In this document: piece by piece, positions 55,608 through 64,000 of the stretch
Numbering within the stretch: the stretch's first letter is position 1
Layout of the letters: each line of letters opens with the position of its first letter
Origin: Minisyncoccia bacterium
Lineage (GTDB): Bacteria > Patescibacteriota > Minisyncoccia > Phycocordibacterales > JAACPR01
Length of the DNA: 64,000 nucleotides
NCBI GenBank assembly: GCA_041740795.1
Contig: JBGSLH010000016.1
Coordinates: 3,431 to 67,430, forward strand
Direction: 5' to 3'
The notes under the pieces: generated by a model
Told to the model about the DNA's origin: nothing
Database searches by the model: none
Seen by the model: the letters and a program-made list of their open reading frames with translations, nothing else
Translations under genes and position numbers: made by a program

Positions 55608-56891
55608 CTATTCCGTCCACACCTTGTCCTGCCTCACTAATACATCCTTGGCTACTCGTTTGTCTGCAAGTAACGCATACGACACTTTTTCCATACGAGT
55701 CGATTGAGAGCCTTTTATAAGCACCACTGTGTTCCCTTTTGCCCATTCGAGTACCTTCTGTGTTGCGTCGTCATGAGACAATGCAGAGTAAACAAATTTG
55801 ATCTTGAGCTCCTGTGCTTCGTCTGCAATAAATTCTGCCCGCTCACCGAGCGTAATGAGGAATGAGATATTGTTGTCCTTGAGCCGGTGCGCAATCTTGC
55901 GATGCTCCGCCTGTGTGTATCGTCCGAGCTCTGACATGTCTCCGAGTACCGCCATCTTGATTGGTGCTTGTATCTGTCCAAGAGTTGTAAGGGCAAGTTC
56001 AAGTGCGATTGGAGACGAGTTGTAAGAGTCATCAAGAATCGTGATGTCATTCATCCCTTCCACAATGTTCATACGTCCCGCAGGTACACGATACGAATCC
56101 ATGGACTGCAGAACATCGAGTACATTGATACCGAGATCCTTTGCTACAACAAGTGATGCAAGAATTGGATATGCATGCTGGATACCGAGTGCTCCTGTAA
56201 TGGTAAACGGCACCGAATTAGAGCCGAAGTTGATCTTGATGTGCTGTCCGATCACATGGTCGCGATTATCGTACTGCATGTCGATATTTGAAACACCTAC
56301 GCCGTTTTTCTTTGCATTGAATCCGTACCACAGCGTCTTGAAAGTGGATTTGAGTGCGAGCTCTGCGATCTGCACATCGTCTACATTGAGCACAAGTACG
56401 CCTTCTTTCTTGAGTCCGAACATCATCTGCGCATCCTCTTCATTCACGTCTTGTGCTTTTGCAAAATTTTCCGCATGCACAGGCACGTCAGGAAATCTCG
56501 TGAAGACAGCATAATCAAGTGAGATCCATGAAATAAGTTTTTTCATATCGCCTGGATGGTCTGTTCCCATTTCAAGCACAAGCCAGTCGGGATACTCTTT
56601 TGAAAAGATAACTTTGGCTCCCCTAAATACGTTTTGTATCCAGACACGCGGACTGTTCCACCCTGTCTCGAGACCGAGAATAGTAAGTGGTACACCAATC
56701 TCACTGTTAAAGCTTTTTTGATTCTTACGGATCACAATAAAGTCCTTGAGAGACGCATAGATCGCATCCTTGGTCGAGGTCTTCCCTACGCTTCCTGCCA
56801 CTCCGATTATTCGAGGATTGAATCGCTTAAGAACGAGAATTGCTTCCCATTTCAATATTGTAAATATTATTTTTTTAAAAATTCGTTTCAT
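55608..56891 (-). CDS. murF: UDP-MurNAc-tripeptide--D-Ala-D-Ala ligase MurF
   Basis: GVAGSVGKTSTKDA P-loop and Mur ligase middle and C-terminal domains. It lies in a dcw cluster. Confidence 0.9.
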   Translation of the reverse strand: MKRIFKKIIFTILKWEAILVLKRFNPRIIGVAGSVGKTSTKDAIYASLKDFIVIRKNQKSFNSEIGVPLTILGLETGWNSPRVWIQNVFRGAKVIFSKEYPDWLVLEMGTDHPGDMKKLISWISLDYAVFTRFPDVPVHAENFAKAQDVNEEDAQMMFGLKKEGVLVLNVDDVQIAELALKSTFKTLWYGFNAKKNGVGVSNIDMQYDNRDHVIGQHIKINFGSNSVPFTITGALGIQHAYPILASLVVAKDLGINVLDVLQSMDSYRVPAGRMNIVEGMNDITILDDSYNSSPIALELALTTLGQIQAPIKMAVLGDMSELGRYTQAEHRKIAHRLKDNNISFLITLGERAEFIADEAQELKIKFVYSALSHDDATQKVLEWAKGNTVVLIKGSQSTRMEKVSYALLADKRVAKDVLVRQDKVWTE

Positions 56892-56898
56892 ATCTGTT

Positions 56899-58608
56899 TT
56901 ATCGGTCAGGTTCTATTTCGTAATAATTGATCAGGTACTTGGCAATATCTATAAAAGGCAGTGTTAGAGTATGTGAGGCATATGCGACTCCTTGAGGTTC
57001 GATGGTATAGAGTAACACAATAAACTGAGGATCGTAAGCCGGAAAATATCCAAAAAATGAGTGTAGGTATCGATCCTCATAGTACGTACCGGTAGTCTTG
57101 TCTACAATCTGAGCAGTACCTGTCTTGGCAGCAATCGAATAGTTTTTCATGGAGACTTCCCCACCAAGCAGTGCCTCGTCCACGACACGTACGAGCATGC
57201 GAGAGATTTCTTCCGATGTATCTTTGGAGAAAATCCGCTCAGGTTCGGGGTGTGCTATCTTTTTGGTTACGCCGTATTCATAACGAGTCTCTTTGATCAT
57301 ATGTGGTTGCACAAGCACTCCTCCGTTCCCAATTGCTGCAAGTCCCCTAATAGTCTGGATGGGAGTGATGGCGATACCTTGTCCAAAGGACGCGGTCGCA
57401 ACTTCCACGTCCCTCAAGGAATCGAGGTTCGACATGAGTGGCGAACCTTCGGCAGGAAGATCAATTCCTGTTTCCTCGTCAAACAATTTTTTCATGAAAT
57501 CAACAAAGCGTTCGTTTCCAACTTTTGAAACAACATACGCCACACCTGTGTTCAGGGAGTTATTGAGTACGGCTTGCATATCCACGGTTCCTCGTCCTTG
57601 CTTGTCATAGTTATAGATAGTCAGTCCATTAAGCTTGATGTACCCGTTATCATCATACGTCGTGTTCGCATTTATAATTTTGGTTTCAAGACCGATCGCT
57701 ATAGCAAGAGGTTTGATAATTGAGCCCATCTCGTGGACATCCTCGACACCATGGTTGTTGTATTGAGACACTGAATCCACGTTTCCGAAGTCATTGAGAT
57801 TAAATGTTGGATACTGTGCCATCGCAATTATTTCTCCAGTCTTCGGATCCATGACGATAATTCCTGTACTCTTTGAGTTGTACATTGATTGAATTGAATT
57901 GCTCACCTCTTCGGTATACGCTTGCACGTTTGGCTCAATAGTGGCAACGATATTTCCACTGAACTGACCTTCCCCAAACGTCTTCTTTACTCCTGCATAG
58001 AATTCGACGAAGATGTTTGAGTACAAATTCTTATTGTCTTTTTTGAGCACGTCATCATAATAACGCTCCAGTCCATATTGTCCTTTGAGTCGTTTATCCT
58101 TTTCACTAATAAAGCCGAGTAATTGTGAAGCAAGCTCGTTGCCAGGATAGAATCTCCACCTTGTCTTTTCAAGAATCACTCCTTTGAGTTTAAGGTCAGC
58201 AATCACAAGACCCGTCTCCTCAGGAATATTTTTTAGTAATTCTTCATAGGGATCAGTCAGCTTGGCAGCTTTACGCACAAAATCATCATGTTCAATAGGA
58301 ATGATTGCATTAAGTTTCTGATACACTGACTCGGCCTCCTGTAAGTTGGAAGGGTCAATAGCCAGATTGAAACCAATCTGGTTTGATGCGGCAAAAAAGT
58401 CACGACCATCTTTGTATTTAAAAATAATGAGTCCACGCTCGAAGTTCTCGTCCCGCACAGATGATTCGTACTGTCGCTCAGACTTGTCCTTAAAATATTC
58501 TCCTTTGATTATCTGTACGTCATAGAGTCGAACTATCAAAAGGAGTGCCATAGCAATGATACCGAACGAAAAGATGTTTATGAATGAGAATTTTTTTAAA
58601 TTATTCAT
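56899..58608 (-). CDS. ftsI: Penicillin-binding transpeptidase (FtsI/PBP3-like)
   Basis: N-terminal TM helix, SxxK (GSIIKP), SxN (NNSLNTG), KTG (AKTGTAQ). It lies between ftsL and murF. Confidence 0.85.
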   Translation of the reverse strand: MNNLKKFSFINIFSFGIIAMALLLIVRLYDVQIIKGEYFKDKSERQYESSVRDENFERGLIIFKYKDGRDFFAASNQIGFNLAIDPSNLQEAESVYQKLNAIIPIEHDDFVRKAAKLTDPYEELLKNIPEETGLVIADLKLKGVILEKTRWRFYPGNELASQLLGFISEKDKRLKGQYGLERYYDDVLKKDNKNLYSNIFVEFYAGVKKTFGEGQFSGNIVATIEPNVQAYTEEVSNSIQSMYNSKSTGIIVMDPKTGEIIAMAQYPTFNLNDFGNVDSVSQYNNHGVEDVHEMGSIIKPLAIAIGLETKIINANTTYDDNGYIKLNGLTIYNYDKQGRGTVDMQAVLNNSLNTGVAYVVSKVGNERFVDFMKKLFDEETGIDLPAEGSPLMSNLDSLRDVEVATASFGQGIAITPIQTIRGLAAIGNGGVLVQPHMIKETRYEYGVTKKIAHPEPERIFSKDTSEEISRMLVRVVDEALLGGEVSMKNYSIAAKTGTAQIVDKTTGTYYEDRYLHSFFGYFPAYDPQFIVLLYTIEPQGVAYASHTLTLPFIDIAKYLINYYEIEPDR

Positions 58609-58906
58609 TTAGAAACGCAGTCTTAGTAGAATCAGTCTTGATGTATGCGACTTGATTGCTTTCTATGAAACCAATCGCAAGTGCACTTTCCTTTGTAACT
58701 AATTTTCTAAGAGTCATGATCTCATGTTCTGTCTGTGTAATTTTTGTTTGCATTGAAATGATTGAATTGTTGAGTGAGACGAGTTTTTTGGAAGTAGAAA
58801 CCACGGCATTCATCAAGATAGCATAACCAAGCAGTACAAGAACCGAAAGGACGATCATGAGTGTCATGATCTTTTTGTATGAAATTGTTCTTGTTTGTGT
58901 GTTCAT
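58601..58906 (-). CDS. ftsL: FtsL-like cell division protein
   Basis: 101 aa with a single TM helix followed by a coiled coil. It occupies the canonical position between rsmH and ftsI. Confidence 0.55.
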   Translation of the reverse strand: MNTQTRTISYKKIMTLMIVLSVLVLLGYAILMNAVVSTSKKLVSLNNSIISMQTKITQTEHEIMTLRKLVTKESALAIGFIESNQVAYIKTDSTKTAFLNE

Positions 58907-59796
58907 TTTTTTTCGAAAATTCTTAGTTTTGCACTTCGTGCTCGTGGGTTTTCTAATAATTCGCCGTCGGATGGTGTAATAGGTCTTTTGGTTATTACTT
59001 CGCCGACCTCTCTCTCTGCCAATTCTTTAAATGTTTGTTTGATGATTCGATCTTCGAGACTATGGAACGAAATCACTGCAAGCCGCCCTCCAGGAACAAG
59101 AAACTGCGGGGCTTTCAGGATTGTTTCTCTAATTGTCTCAAGTTCATTATTCACCGCGATACGAATAGCTTGGAAAGTCTTGGTTGCAGGATTTATCTTT
59201 TTTGACTGAAGTCTCTTGGGGATAGCCTTACGAACGATCATCTCAAGCTGCGATGTACGTTCTATCGGTCTCTCTGTCCGAAACTCCACAATCTCCCGAG
59301 CAATTCGTCTTGCGAAACGCTCTTCGCCGTAGGCAAAAATAACATTCGCAAGCGACTCCTCAGAGAATTCGTTCAGGATAATCTTTGCAGTGAGTTCTTG
59401 TTCACTCGGTGTATCGTTGAGTGTCATCAGGAGTGGTTCATCGAACCTGAAAGAAAATCCCCGCCGAGCAATATCAAACTGTTCAGAACTGAGTCCAAGA
59501 TCAATCACAATTGCATTAACTTTTTGTATATGATGCTTTTTCAGTACTTCCGGAAAATTCCCATAATTGCTTTTTTCTAGAATGATATGCGCACTGCATC
59601 CTTCCAAATTCTTCGACGATCGCTCGATAGCCTGTGCATCCGCATCTACTCCAAATATCGTGAGGTCTTTGAGTCCAAGCTGACACACAGCTTGGGCATG
59701 ACCTGCACTTCCAAGAGTGAGATCCAGATATGTCGCACCGTTCGTAAGTTGGATGTTCGATATTACTTCCTTGAGAAGAACTGATTTGTGTCTCAT
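58903..59796 (-). CDS. rsmH: 16S rRNA (cytosine1402-N4)-methyltransferase RsmH
   Basis: HKSVLLKEV, DLTLGSAGH, DLGLSSEQF, SFHSLEDR. The ORF is open to 60126, but MRHKSV at 59796 directly follows the mraZ stop. Confidence 0.92.
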   Translation of the reverse strand: MRHKSVLLKEVISNIQLTNGATYLDLTLGSAGHAQAVCQLGLKDLTIFGVDADAQAIERSSKNLEGCSAHIILEKSNYGNFPEVLKKHHIQKVNAIVIDLGLSSEQFDIARRGFSFRFDEPLLMTLNDTPSEQELTAKIILNEFSEESLANVIFAYGEERFARRIAREIVEFRTERPIERTSQLEMIVRKAIPKRLQSKKINPATKTFQAIRIAVNNELETIRETILKAPQFLVPGGRLAVISFHSLEDRIIKQTFKELAEREVGEVITKRPITPSDGELLENPRARSAKLRIFEKK

Positions 59797-59797
59797 A

Positions 59798-60232
59798 TTA
59801 GATGGCTCCAATTTGTCCGAGTTTTTCTGCGATCGAGTCTGCATTTTTTGAAACTTGTGAGTTAAAGGCGTCCCATGCAGTCTCGTCCCAGATTTCAACC
59901 CTGTTATAGATTCCCGCAAAGACAACTTTTGTTTTGATCTTTGCAAATGAGCACAAATTTTCTGGAATAAGAATGCGACCAACTGAGTCGATAGCAACTT
60001 CATGGGCGCTTGCCAGCAAAAACCTGTTGAAGTTACGTGCATCTGATTGAGTAAAACTAAGTCCCCCAAGCTGTGCCGCGATCTTATTCCAATCCTTAAG
60101 TGGGTACATTGAAAGGCAGTTATCAAGACCCTTTGTTATTACGACTTTCTTACCCAAACCTTCTCGAAACTTACTCGGAATTGATATTCGTTTTTTTTCG
60201 TCCAGTGTGTGTTTGAATTCGCCGATTAACAT
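59798..60232 (-). CDS. mraZ: Transcriptional regulator MraZ
   Basis: MLIGEFKHTLDEKKRISIPSKFR and a second SpoVT-AbrB repeat GRILIPENL. The track starts at a GTG at 60250, but the ATG at 60232 fits the family. Confidence 0.9.
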   Translation of the reverse strand: MLIGEFKHTLDEKKRISIPSKFREGLGKKVVITKGLDNCLSMYPLKDWNKIAAQLGGLSFTQSDARNFNRFLLASAHEVAIDSVGRILIPENLCSFAKIKTKVVFAGIYNRVEIWDETAWDAFNSQVSKNADSIAEKLGQIGAI

Positions 60233-60246
60233 GTTTTCTTGATTTA

Positions 60247-60283
60247 CCACTTCATCCCACTTATATACTATTCTACACCACTT
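60247..60283 (-). promoter_or_regulatory. Putative MraZ operator (three direct AAGTGG repeats)
   Basis: On the minus strand, AAGTGG occurs at 60283-60278, 60262-60257 and 60252-60247. Spacings are 21 and 10 nt, immediately upstream of mraZ. Confidence 0.55.
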
Positions 60284-60381
60284 TACGTATTATCAGTATA
60301 AAACATCCCATAGATGTGTGGATAAGTAATCAAAAAAAATAACCTTATTTTATAGGGTTACTTAAAATATAATAAGCTCAA

Positions 60382-60555
60382 AGAAGTCCTGATTGAATCA
60401 TTCTGCCAATCTAAAAAATATAGAAAAAGCTCAAAAGTTTTGACAGCTGGGTGCCGTAATCGGCGGGTCCCCTGGATAAAACTTTTGAGCTTTTTCTATA
60501 TTTTGTTAGGCCGAAGCTGATGAAGAAAAAATTTCCTCCAGCTTACGCAACTTCT
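60382..60555. repeat. Long-hairpin intergenic element, copy 3
   Basis: A perfect 27-bp inner stem 60415-60441/60478-60504 encloses the apex 25-mer at 60447-60471, which is identical to copy 2. The flank blocks ATTCTGC (60400) and ATTTTGTTAGGCCGAAGC (60500) are present. The outer stem AGAAGT/ACTTCT overlaps the lysS stop. Confidence 0.85.
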
Positions 60556-62035
60556 ACTCTCTCGGCCGCATCAATGGGAAAAGTTGCGTCTCGCGAATAG
60601 GTTTGTCGGCAAAAAAAGTGAACAGACGCTCTCCAAAACCGAAGCCGAATACTGGAGGCATACCATATTCAAGCATTTCCACGTATTCATGGTCAGGCAT
60701 CATTGCCTCGTCGTCTCCTGCTGCAATAAGTTTGTTCTGAATGTCAAAACGCACTGCCTGCTCTACAGGATCATTGAGTTCTGCATGAGCTCGCCCAATC
60801 TCGCTTCCCGCAAGGATGATTTGGAACATTTCGGTCTTGCGCGTGTCCGAAGCAAGTTCCTTTGAAAGCGGAGCGACAAGCTTAGGATGATTTATAAGAA
60901 AAGCGGGACCAGCAATCTGTTTTCGGCAGTATTTCCAGAGAGAGTCTGTCATACGTTCTTTGTTTTTTCCGTCAAATTTTACATTGAACTTTTTGAGTGT
61001 GTCTTCCATTTCAGATTCTGAAGATTCAAGTACATCGACACCTGTGTGTTTTTTTATTTCCTCGACATAATCGATCGTCGCCCACTCTCCAGCAAGATCA
61101 AATGTATGTTCTCGAGTCGTGAATTCTGTCTTACCAAAAACTGTCTGAGCGAGAGTACGATACAGATCCTGTACCATCTTTTTTCCATCTTCAAGATTCA
61201 TGAATGAAGCGTAGCATTCCAAGTTGGTAAATTCCTGTACATGTTCAGTACTTGAACCTTCATTGCGATATACACGACCGATCTCAAAAGTCTTTGGAAT
61301 ACCAGCGGCCATGAGCCGTTTTTGCCATAATTCCCCTACGGAGATACGCATGAACACATCAATGTCAAAGTCATTGTGATGTGTGGCAAAAGGACGCGCT
61401 TCAGCACCTCCTGTTGTCACTTCGAGAGTAGGAGTCTCGACTTCAAGAAAGTCCCTCTGTTCAAAAAAATTACGCGCAGTCTTCCAGAAGAGCGCCTTCT
61501 TTTTGAAAAGATCCTGAAGTTCTTCGGATAAAAGGATATCGAGATATCGCTTCCTCAACCGGTCATCCTCGTCCTTGAGTCCGTACCAGCTGTCAGGAAT
61601 AGGAAGAAGTGTCTTGGAAAGCATTCTCCACCCATCCACTTCGAGACTTTTTTGTCCTGATTGTGTAAGAAAAACTCTTCCTGAAATCTCAACGAAGTCA
61701 CCGATGTCAGCAGTTTCTTTGAATAGTTCAAAACTTTCTTCAACTGAGTTGTTTTGTAAGTATGAGATAGGATTGTCTTTTTTGAGAACAACTTGGATCT
61801 TGTCCGTACCATCAAAAATATCCACGAACAAGATTGCTCCTTGTCCGCGCTTGGACATGATTCGTCCGTTGATGATTGCTTTTGATTGTTGCGTTGCCAA
61901 CTCATCAAACTGATCAAGAATGATTACGATCTCGTGTGTACGAGCAGAGTCGCTTGGATATACTGCAATACCTTTTGATAAAAGGATTTCTTTTTTTTGC
62001 AGTCGTACTGCTTTTAGTTCTTCATGAGATGCCAT
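60554..62035 (-). CDS. lysS: Lysyl-tRNA synthetase, class II
   Basis: OB-fold N-terminus, FLEVETPTLE, RVYRNEGSSTEH, GFGFGERL. Confidence 0.95.
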   Translation of the reverse strand: MASHEELKAVRLQKKEILLSKGIAVYPSDSARTHEIVIILDQFDELATQQSKAIINGRIMSKRGQGAILFVDIFDGTDKIQVVLKKDNPISYLQNNSVEESFELFKETADIGDFVEISGRVFLTQSGQKSLEVDGWRMLSKTLLPIPDSWYGLKDEDDRLRKRYLDILLSEELQDLFKKKALFWKTARNFFEQRDFLEVETPTLEVTTGGAEARPFATHHNDFDIDVFMRISVGELWQKRLMAAGIPKTFEIGRVYRNEGSSTEHVQEFTNLECYASFMNLEDGKKMVQDLYRTLAQTVFGKTEFTTREHTFDLAGEWATIDYVEEIKKHTGVDVLESSESEMEDTLKKFNVKFDGKNKERMTDSLWKYCRKQIAGPAFLINHPKLVAPLSKELASDTRKTEMFQIILAGSEIGRAHAELNDPVEQAVRFDIQNKLIAAGDDEAMMPDHEYVEMLEYGMPPVFGFGFGERLFTFFADKPIRETQLFPLMRPRE

Positions 62036-62050
62036 GAAAAGAGTATATCA

Positions 62051-62512
62051 TTATTTAACGTCAATGACTTTGTATTTCACGTTTCCTCGTGGAGATACGA
62101 ATTCGAATGATTCACCCTTCTTTTTTCCAAAAAGCGCAGATCCGAGCGGAGAGTTGTGACTAATTTTACCAACAGAAATGTCAGCTTCTTCAGAACCCAC
62201 AAGTGTGAAGACAGAGTCCTTTGAATCCCCGTCTTTTTTAACAGTAACCTTTGAACCAACTTCGACGGTATCTCCTGATATATGCTTCACGATCTCCGCA
62301 TTCTTGAGAATATTCTCGATTGAAAGAATTCGAGCTTCAGTCTGTGCTTGTTCTTCTCGAGCCTCGTGGTATTCGGCGTTCTCAGAAAGATCTCCAAGTG
62401 ATCGCGCGTGTTCAAGATGTTCTGCGACTTCTCGTCTCCGAACTGTCTTGAGATCATGAAGTTCGAGTTGCAATTCATTGTATTTTTCTTGTGTAAGATA
62501 TTCTTTTTCCAT
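62051..62512 (-). CDS. greA: Transcription elongation factor GreA
   Basis: ARSLGDLSENAEYHEAREEQ and the C-terminal FKBP-like ISHNSPLGSALFGKKKGE. Confidence 0.93.
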   Translation of the reverse strand: MEKEYLTQEKYNELQLELHDLKTVRRREVAEHLEHARSLGDLSENAEYHEAREEQAQTEARILSIENILKNAEIVKHISGDTVEVGSKVTVKKDGDSKDSVFTLVGSEEADISVGKISHNSPLGSALFGKKKGESFEFVSPRGNVKYKVIDVK

Positions 62513-62538
62513 GGAAAGATATTATTATGTAAAGCCCT

Positions 62539-62566
62539 ATTATACGGATTTTGTGTAAAAAGTAAA
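62539..62566 (-). promoter_or_regulatory. Putative greA promoter (block shared with 55521-55548)
   Basis: On the minus strand: TTTACT, a 16-nt spacer, then TATAAT. This implies a ~20-nt leader to the greA ATG at 62512. Confidence 0.6.
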
Positions 62567-62577
62567 GATAGACAAAC

Positions 62578-62688
62578 GTCATCCCGCACGAGCCCGCCTG
62601 CGACGAGTGAAGATGCGGGATCTCGTCATCAGATCACGAGATCCCGCAACTGTGTACCTCCTTGCGGAGGCACTTCGTGCGGGATGAC
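62578..62688. repeat. Full-length (111 nt) copy of the GTCATCCCGCA palindromic element
   Basis: GTCATCCCGCA-[25 nt]-TGCGGGATCTCGT-catcagatc-ACGAGATCCCGCA-[29 nt]-TGCGGGATGAC. It ends 1 nt from the mrdA stop codon. Confidence 0.85.
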
Positions 62689-62689
62689 A

Positions 62690-64000
62690 TTACTTCAGAT
62701 ATTCAGGAGTATAGATCGCCATCCAATCAAACAGCTTGCGAGACACAGCGACTCCTCCGATCATATTGTACCGGCTCCCCTTTTCCATAATTATTACGAA
62801 CGCATACCGTGGATTCTCGTACGGAAAAAATCCAGTCGTCCATGAGTTCACATTATCCTTACTCACACCCAACTCAGCTGTTCCTGTTTTGACAGCAATA
62901 TGCACCGCATCCATATTAAGTCCCTTACCAGTTCCTGTGACCACACCCTCTCTCATCCCCTCCTGGATTATTCCCCAGATATCGGGCCGGATTCCTTCGA
63001 CCTTGAGTGCAACGTCTGGCTTTGAATCCTTGATCAGCAGGGGGTTATAAATAGTGCCTTCATTTGCAATTGAAGCAACTGCCCGCACAAATTGCAATGG
63101 AGTTGCCTGGAATCCGTACTGTCCGATCGATGTAAAATAGGTATCTCCGAGTCTCCAGATATCGTTGTCGAAGTTTTTTGCTTTCCAATCAGGGTTAGGG
63201 ATTGTTCCTTTGTATGAAGAAGAGACCTGACCTTCGACAGGTGCACCAAAACCAAATTTTCTGAAATAAGATTCAAGCTTTGTGATCCCTACTCCAGAAA
63301 TGTCTCCCCATCCTCCCCCGACTTGATAAAAAAAGATGTTCGAAGATACAGCGATAGCAGTTCGGACATCCACAAGACCATGTGCCTTCCAATCCGAAAA
63401 GAATGTTGGCCTGGAAGGATCGTATGGATTAGGGACTTCAAGTTTATTCTTGCTCAAGATTAGTGTTTGTGGAGTAATAACATTCTCGTTGAGTCCTGCA
63501 ATTGCAACATACGGCTTCACAATCGAACCTGGAGTATAGAGTCCTTGTGTAATCCTATTGAGAAATGGGTTGCGCGGATCTTGATTGATCTGTTTGATAT
63601 ATTCAGCATCTCCGTCCGCAAGCTTCTGAGAACTGTAGTCAGGATACGTAGCCAACGCCAATATTTCTCCCGTATGAATATCCATGATCACCCCTCCCCC
63701 TCCTTGGAATGGAACCTGCTCCGAAACCTCTTTGATGGATTTGTACAATTGCTCTTGCACCCGTGCGTCAATAGAGAGAGTTAACGGTTCTCCCGGATCA
63801 GGCAAGCGTACTTCGTTTTCAGATATCGTCTCCCCAAGAGCATTCGTCTCGATAAGTTTTGATCCATTTTTTCCTCCAATGACATTTTCGAATTTTTTCT
63901 CGACTCCTTCTTTTCCTGTATAGCTCAACTCGTAATAGAATCCCTTTGAATCCTTTTTGGGATAGGTGATAAATCCAAGCAAATTAGAAATTCCTTCCAT
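62690..64000 (-). CDS. mrdA: Penicillin-binding protein 2 (MrdA-like transpeptidase), 5' end outside the window
   Basis: SxxK (GSIVKP), SxN (SSNIFF), KTG (VKTGTAE). The ORF runs off the right edge. Confidence 0.85.
   Translation of the reverse strand: MEGISNLLGFITYPKKDSKGFYYELSYTGKEGVEKKFENVIGGKNGSKLIETNALGETISENEVRLPDPGEPLTLSIDARVQEQLYKSIKEVSEQVPFQGGGGVIMDIHTGEILALATYPDYSSQKLADGDAEYIKQINQDPRNPFLNRITQGLYTPGSIVKPYVAIAGLNENVITPQTLILSKNKLEVPNPYDPSRPTFFSDWKAHGLVDVRTAIAVSSNIFFYQVGGGWGDISGVGITKLESYFRKFGFGAPVEGQVSSSYKGTIPNPDWKAKNFDNDIWRLGDTYFTSIGQYGFQATPLQFVRAVASIANEGTIYNPLLIKDSKPDVALKVEGIRPDIWGIIQEGMREGVVTGTGKGLNMDAVHIAVKTGTAELGVSKDNVNSWTTGFFPYENPRYAFVIIMEKGSRYNMIGGVAVSRKLFDWMAIYTPEYLK

Noticed and set aside
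59797-60126. N-terminal extensions offered by the ORF track for rsmH. The same applies to dnaJ (20202-20291), scpA (22922-23089), dnaB (44467-44598), the EVE gene (30783-30827), ctp (42030-42065) and mraZ (60233-60250).
   Set aside because: The extensions overlap the upstream gene or carry no family sequence. In each case an internal ATG reproduces the canonical family N-terminus.
60517-60523. Hammerhead-like CUGAUGA in the 3' flank of long-hairpin copy 3 (CGATGAG in copy 1).
   Set aside because: Copy 2 lacks it (CTAAGTG). No stem II/GAAA/stem III arrangement follows, so it is probably a chance match.
1-64000. CRISPR arrays, rRNA genes, transposases or integrases, and recoded UGA (codes 4/25).
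   Set aside because: I saw no regularly spaced direct repeats, rRNA-like stretches or recombinase motifs. TGA terminates well-supported genes (for example the CapA-family gene at 28490-28492 and the gene ending at 54249-54251), and conserved genes read through intact under code 11.

Overview
Low-GC (about 40% by eye), gene-dense bacterial chromosome segment. The standard genetic code applies: TGA is used as a stop. I infer a reduced-genome, CPR/Patescibacteria-like organism. The grounds are short aminoacyl-tRNA synthetase forms, many small membrane-anchored orphan genes, type IV pilin-like genes, no Shine-Dalgarno sequences, and -10 boxes that abut start codons.

Layout:
- 0-37 kb: almost entirely plus-strand housekeeping genes. 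These are leuS, mltG, mnmA, alaS, infA-rpsM-rpsK-rpsD-rpoA-rplQ-rplM-rpsI, grpE-dnaK-dnaJ, trpS, scpAB, mraY-ftsW, murG and gltX.
- 37-55 kb: mixed and accessory. It holds orphan genes, an SLT-domain protein, rpmA/rplI/rplU, corA, cysS, dnaB, recR, rmuC, two pilin-like genes and tRNA-Glu.
- 55-64 kb: minus-strand mraZ-rsmH-ftsL-ftsI-murF, lysS, greA and a partial mrdA.

Most interesting signals not explained by genes:
1. Three 174-184 nt long-hairpin intergenic elements at 21.6, 49.5 and 60.4 kb. Their stems differ in sequence but stay paired. They share flank blocks and a near-identical 25-nt apical motif, and that apex is flipped in one copy.
2. A second palindromic repeat family (GTCATCCCGCA...TGCGGGATGAC) with four copies. 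One sits in frame inside a flavoprotein gene. Two abut a shared promoter block.
3. A complete Nudix box/domain inserted in LeuRS.
4. A tRNA-like RNA candidate bounded by its own promoter and terminator, upstream of a pilin-like operon.
5. A GC-rich structured segment with a strong terminator just before trpS.

I found no CRISPR array, rRNA gene or recognisable transposase.
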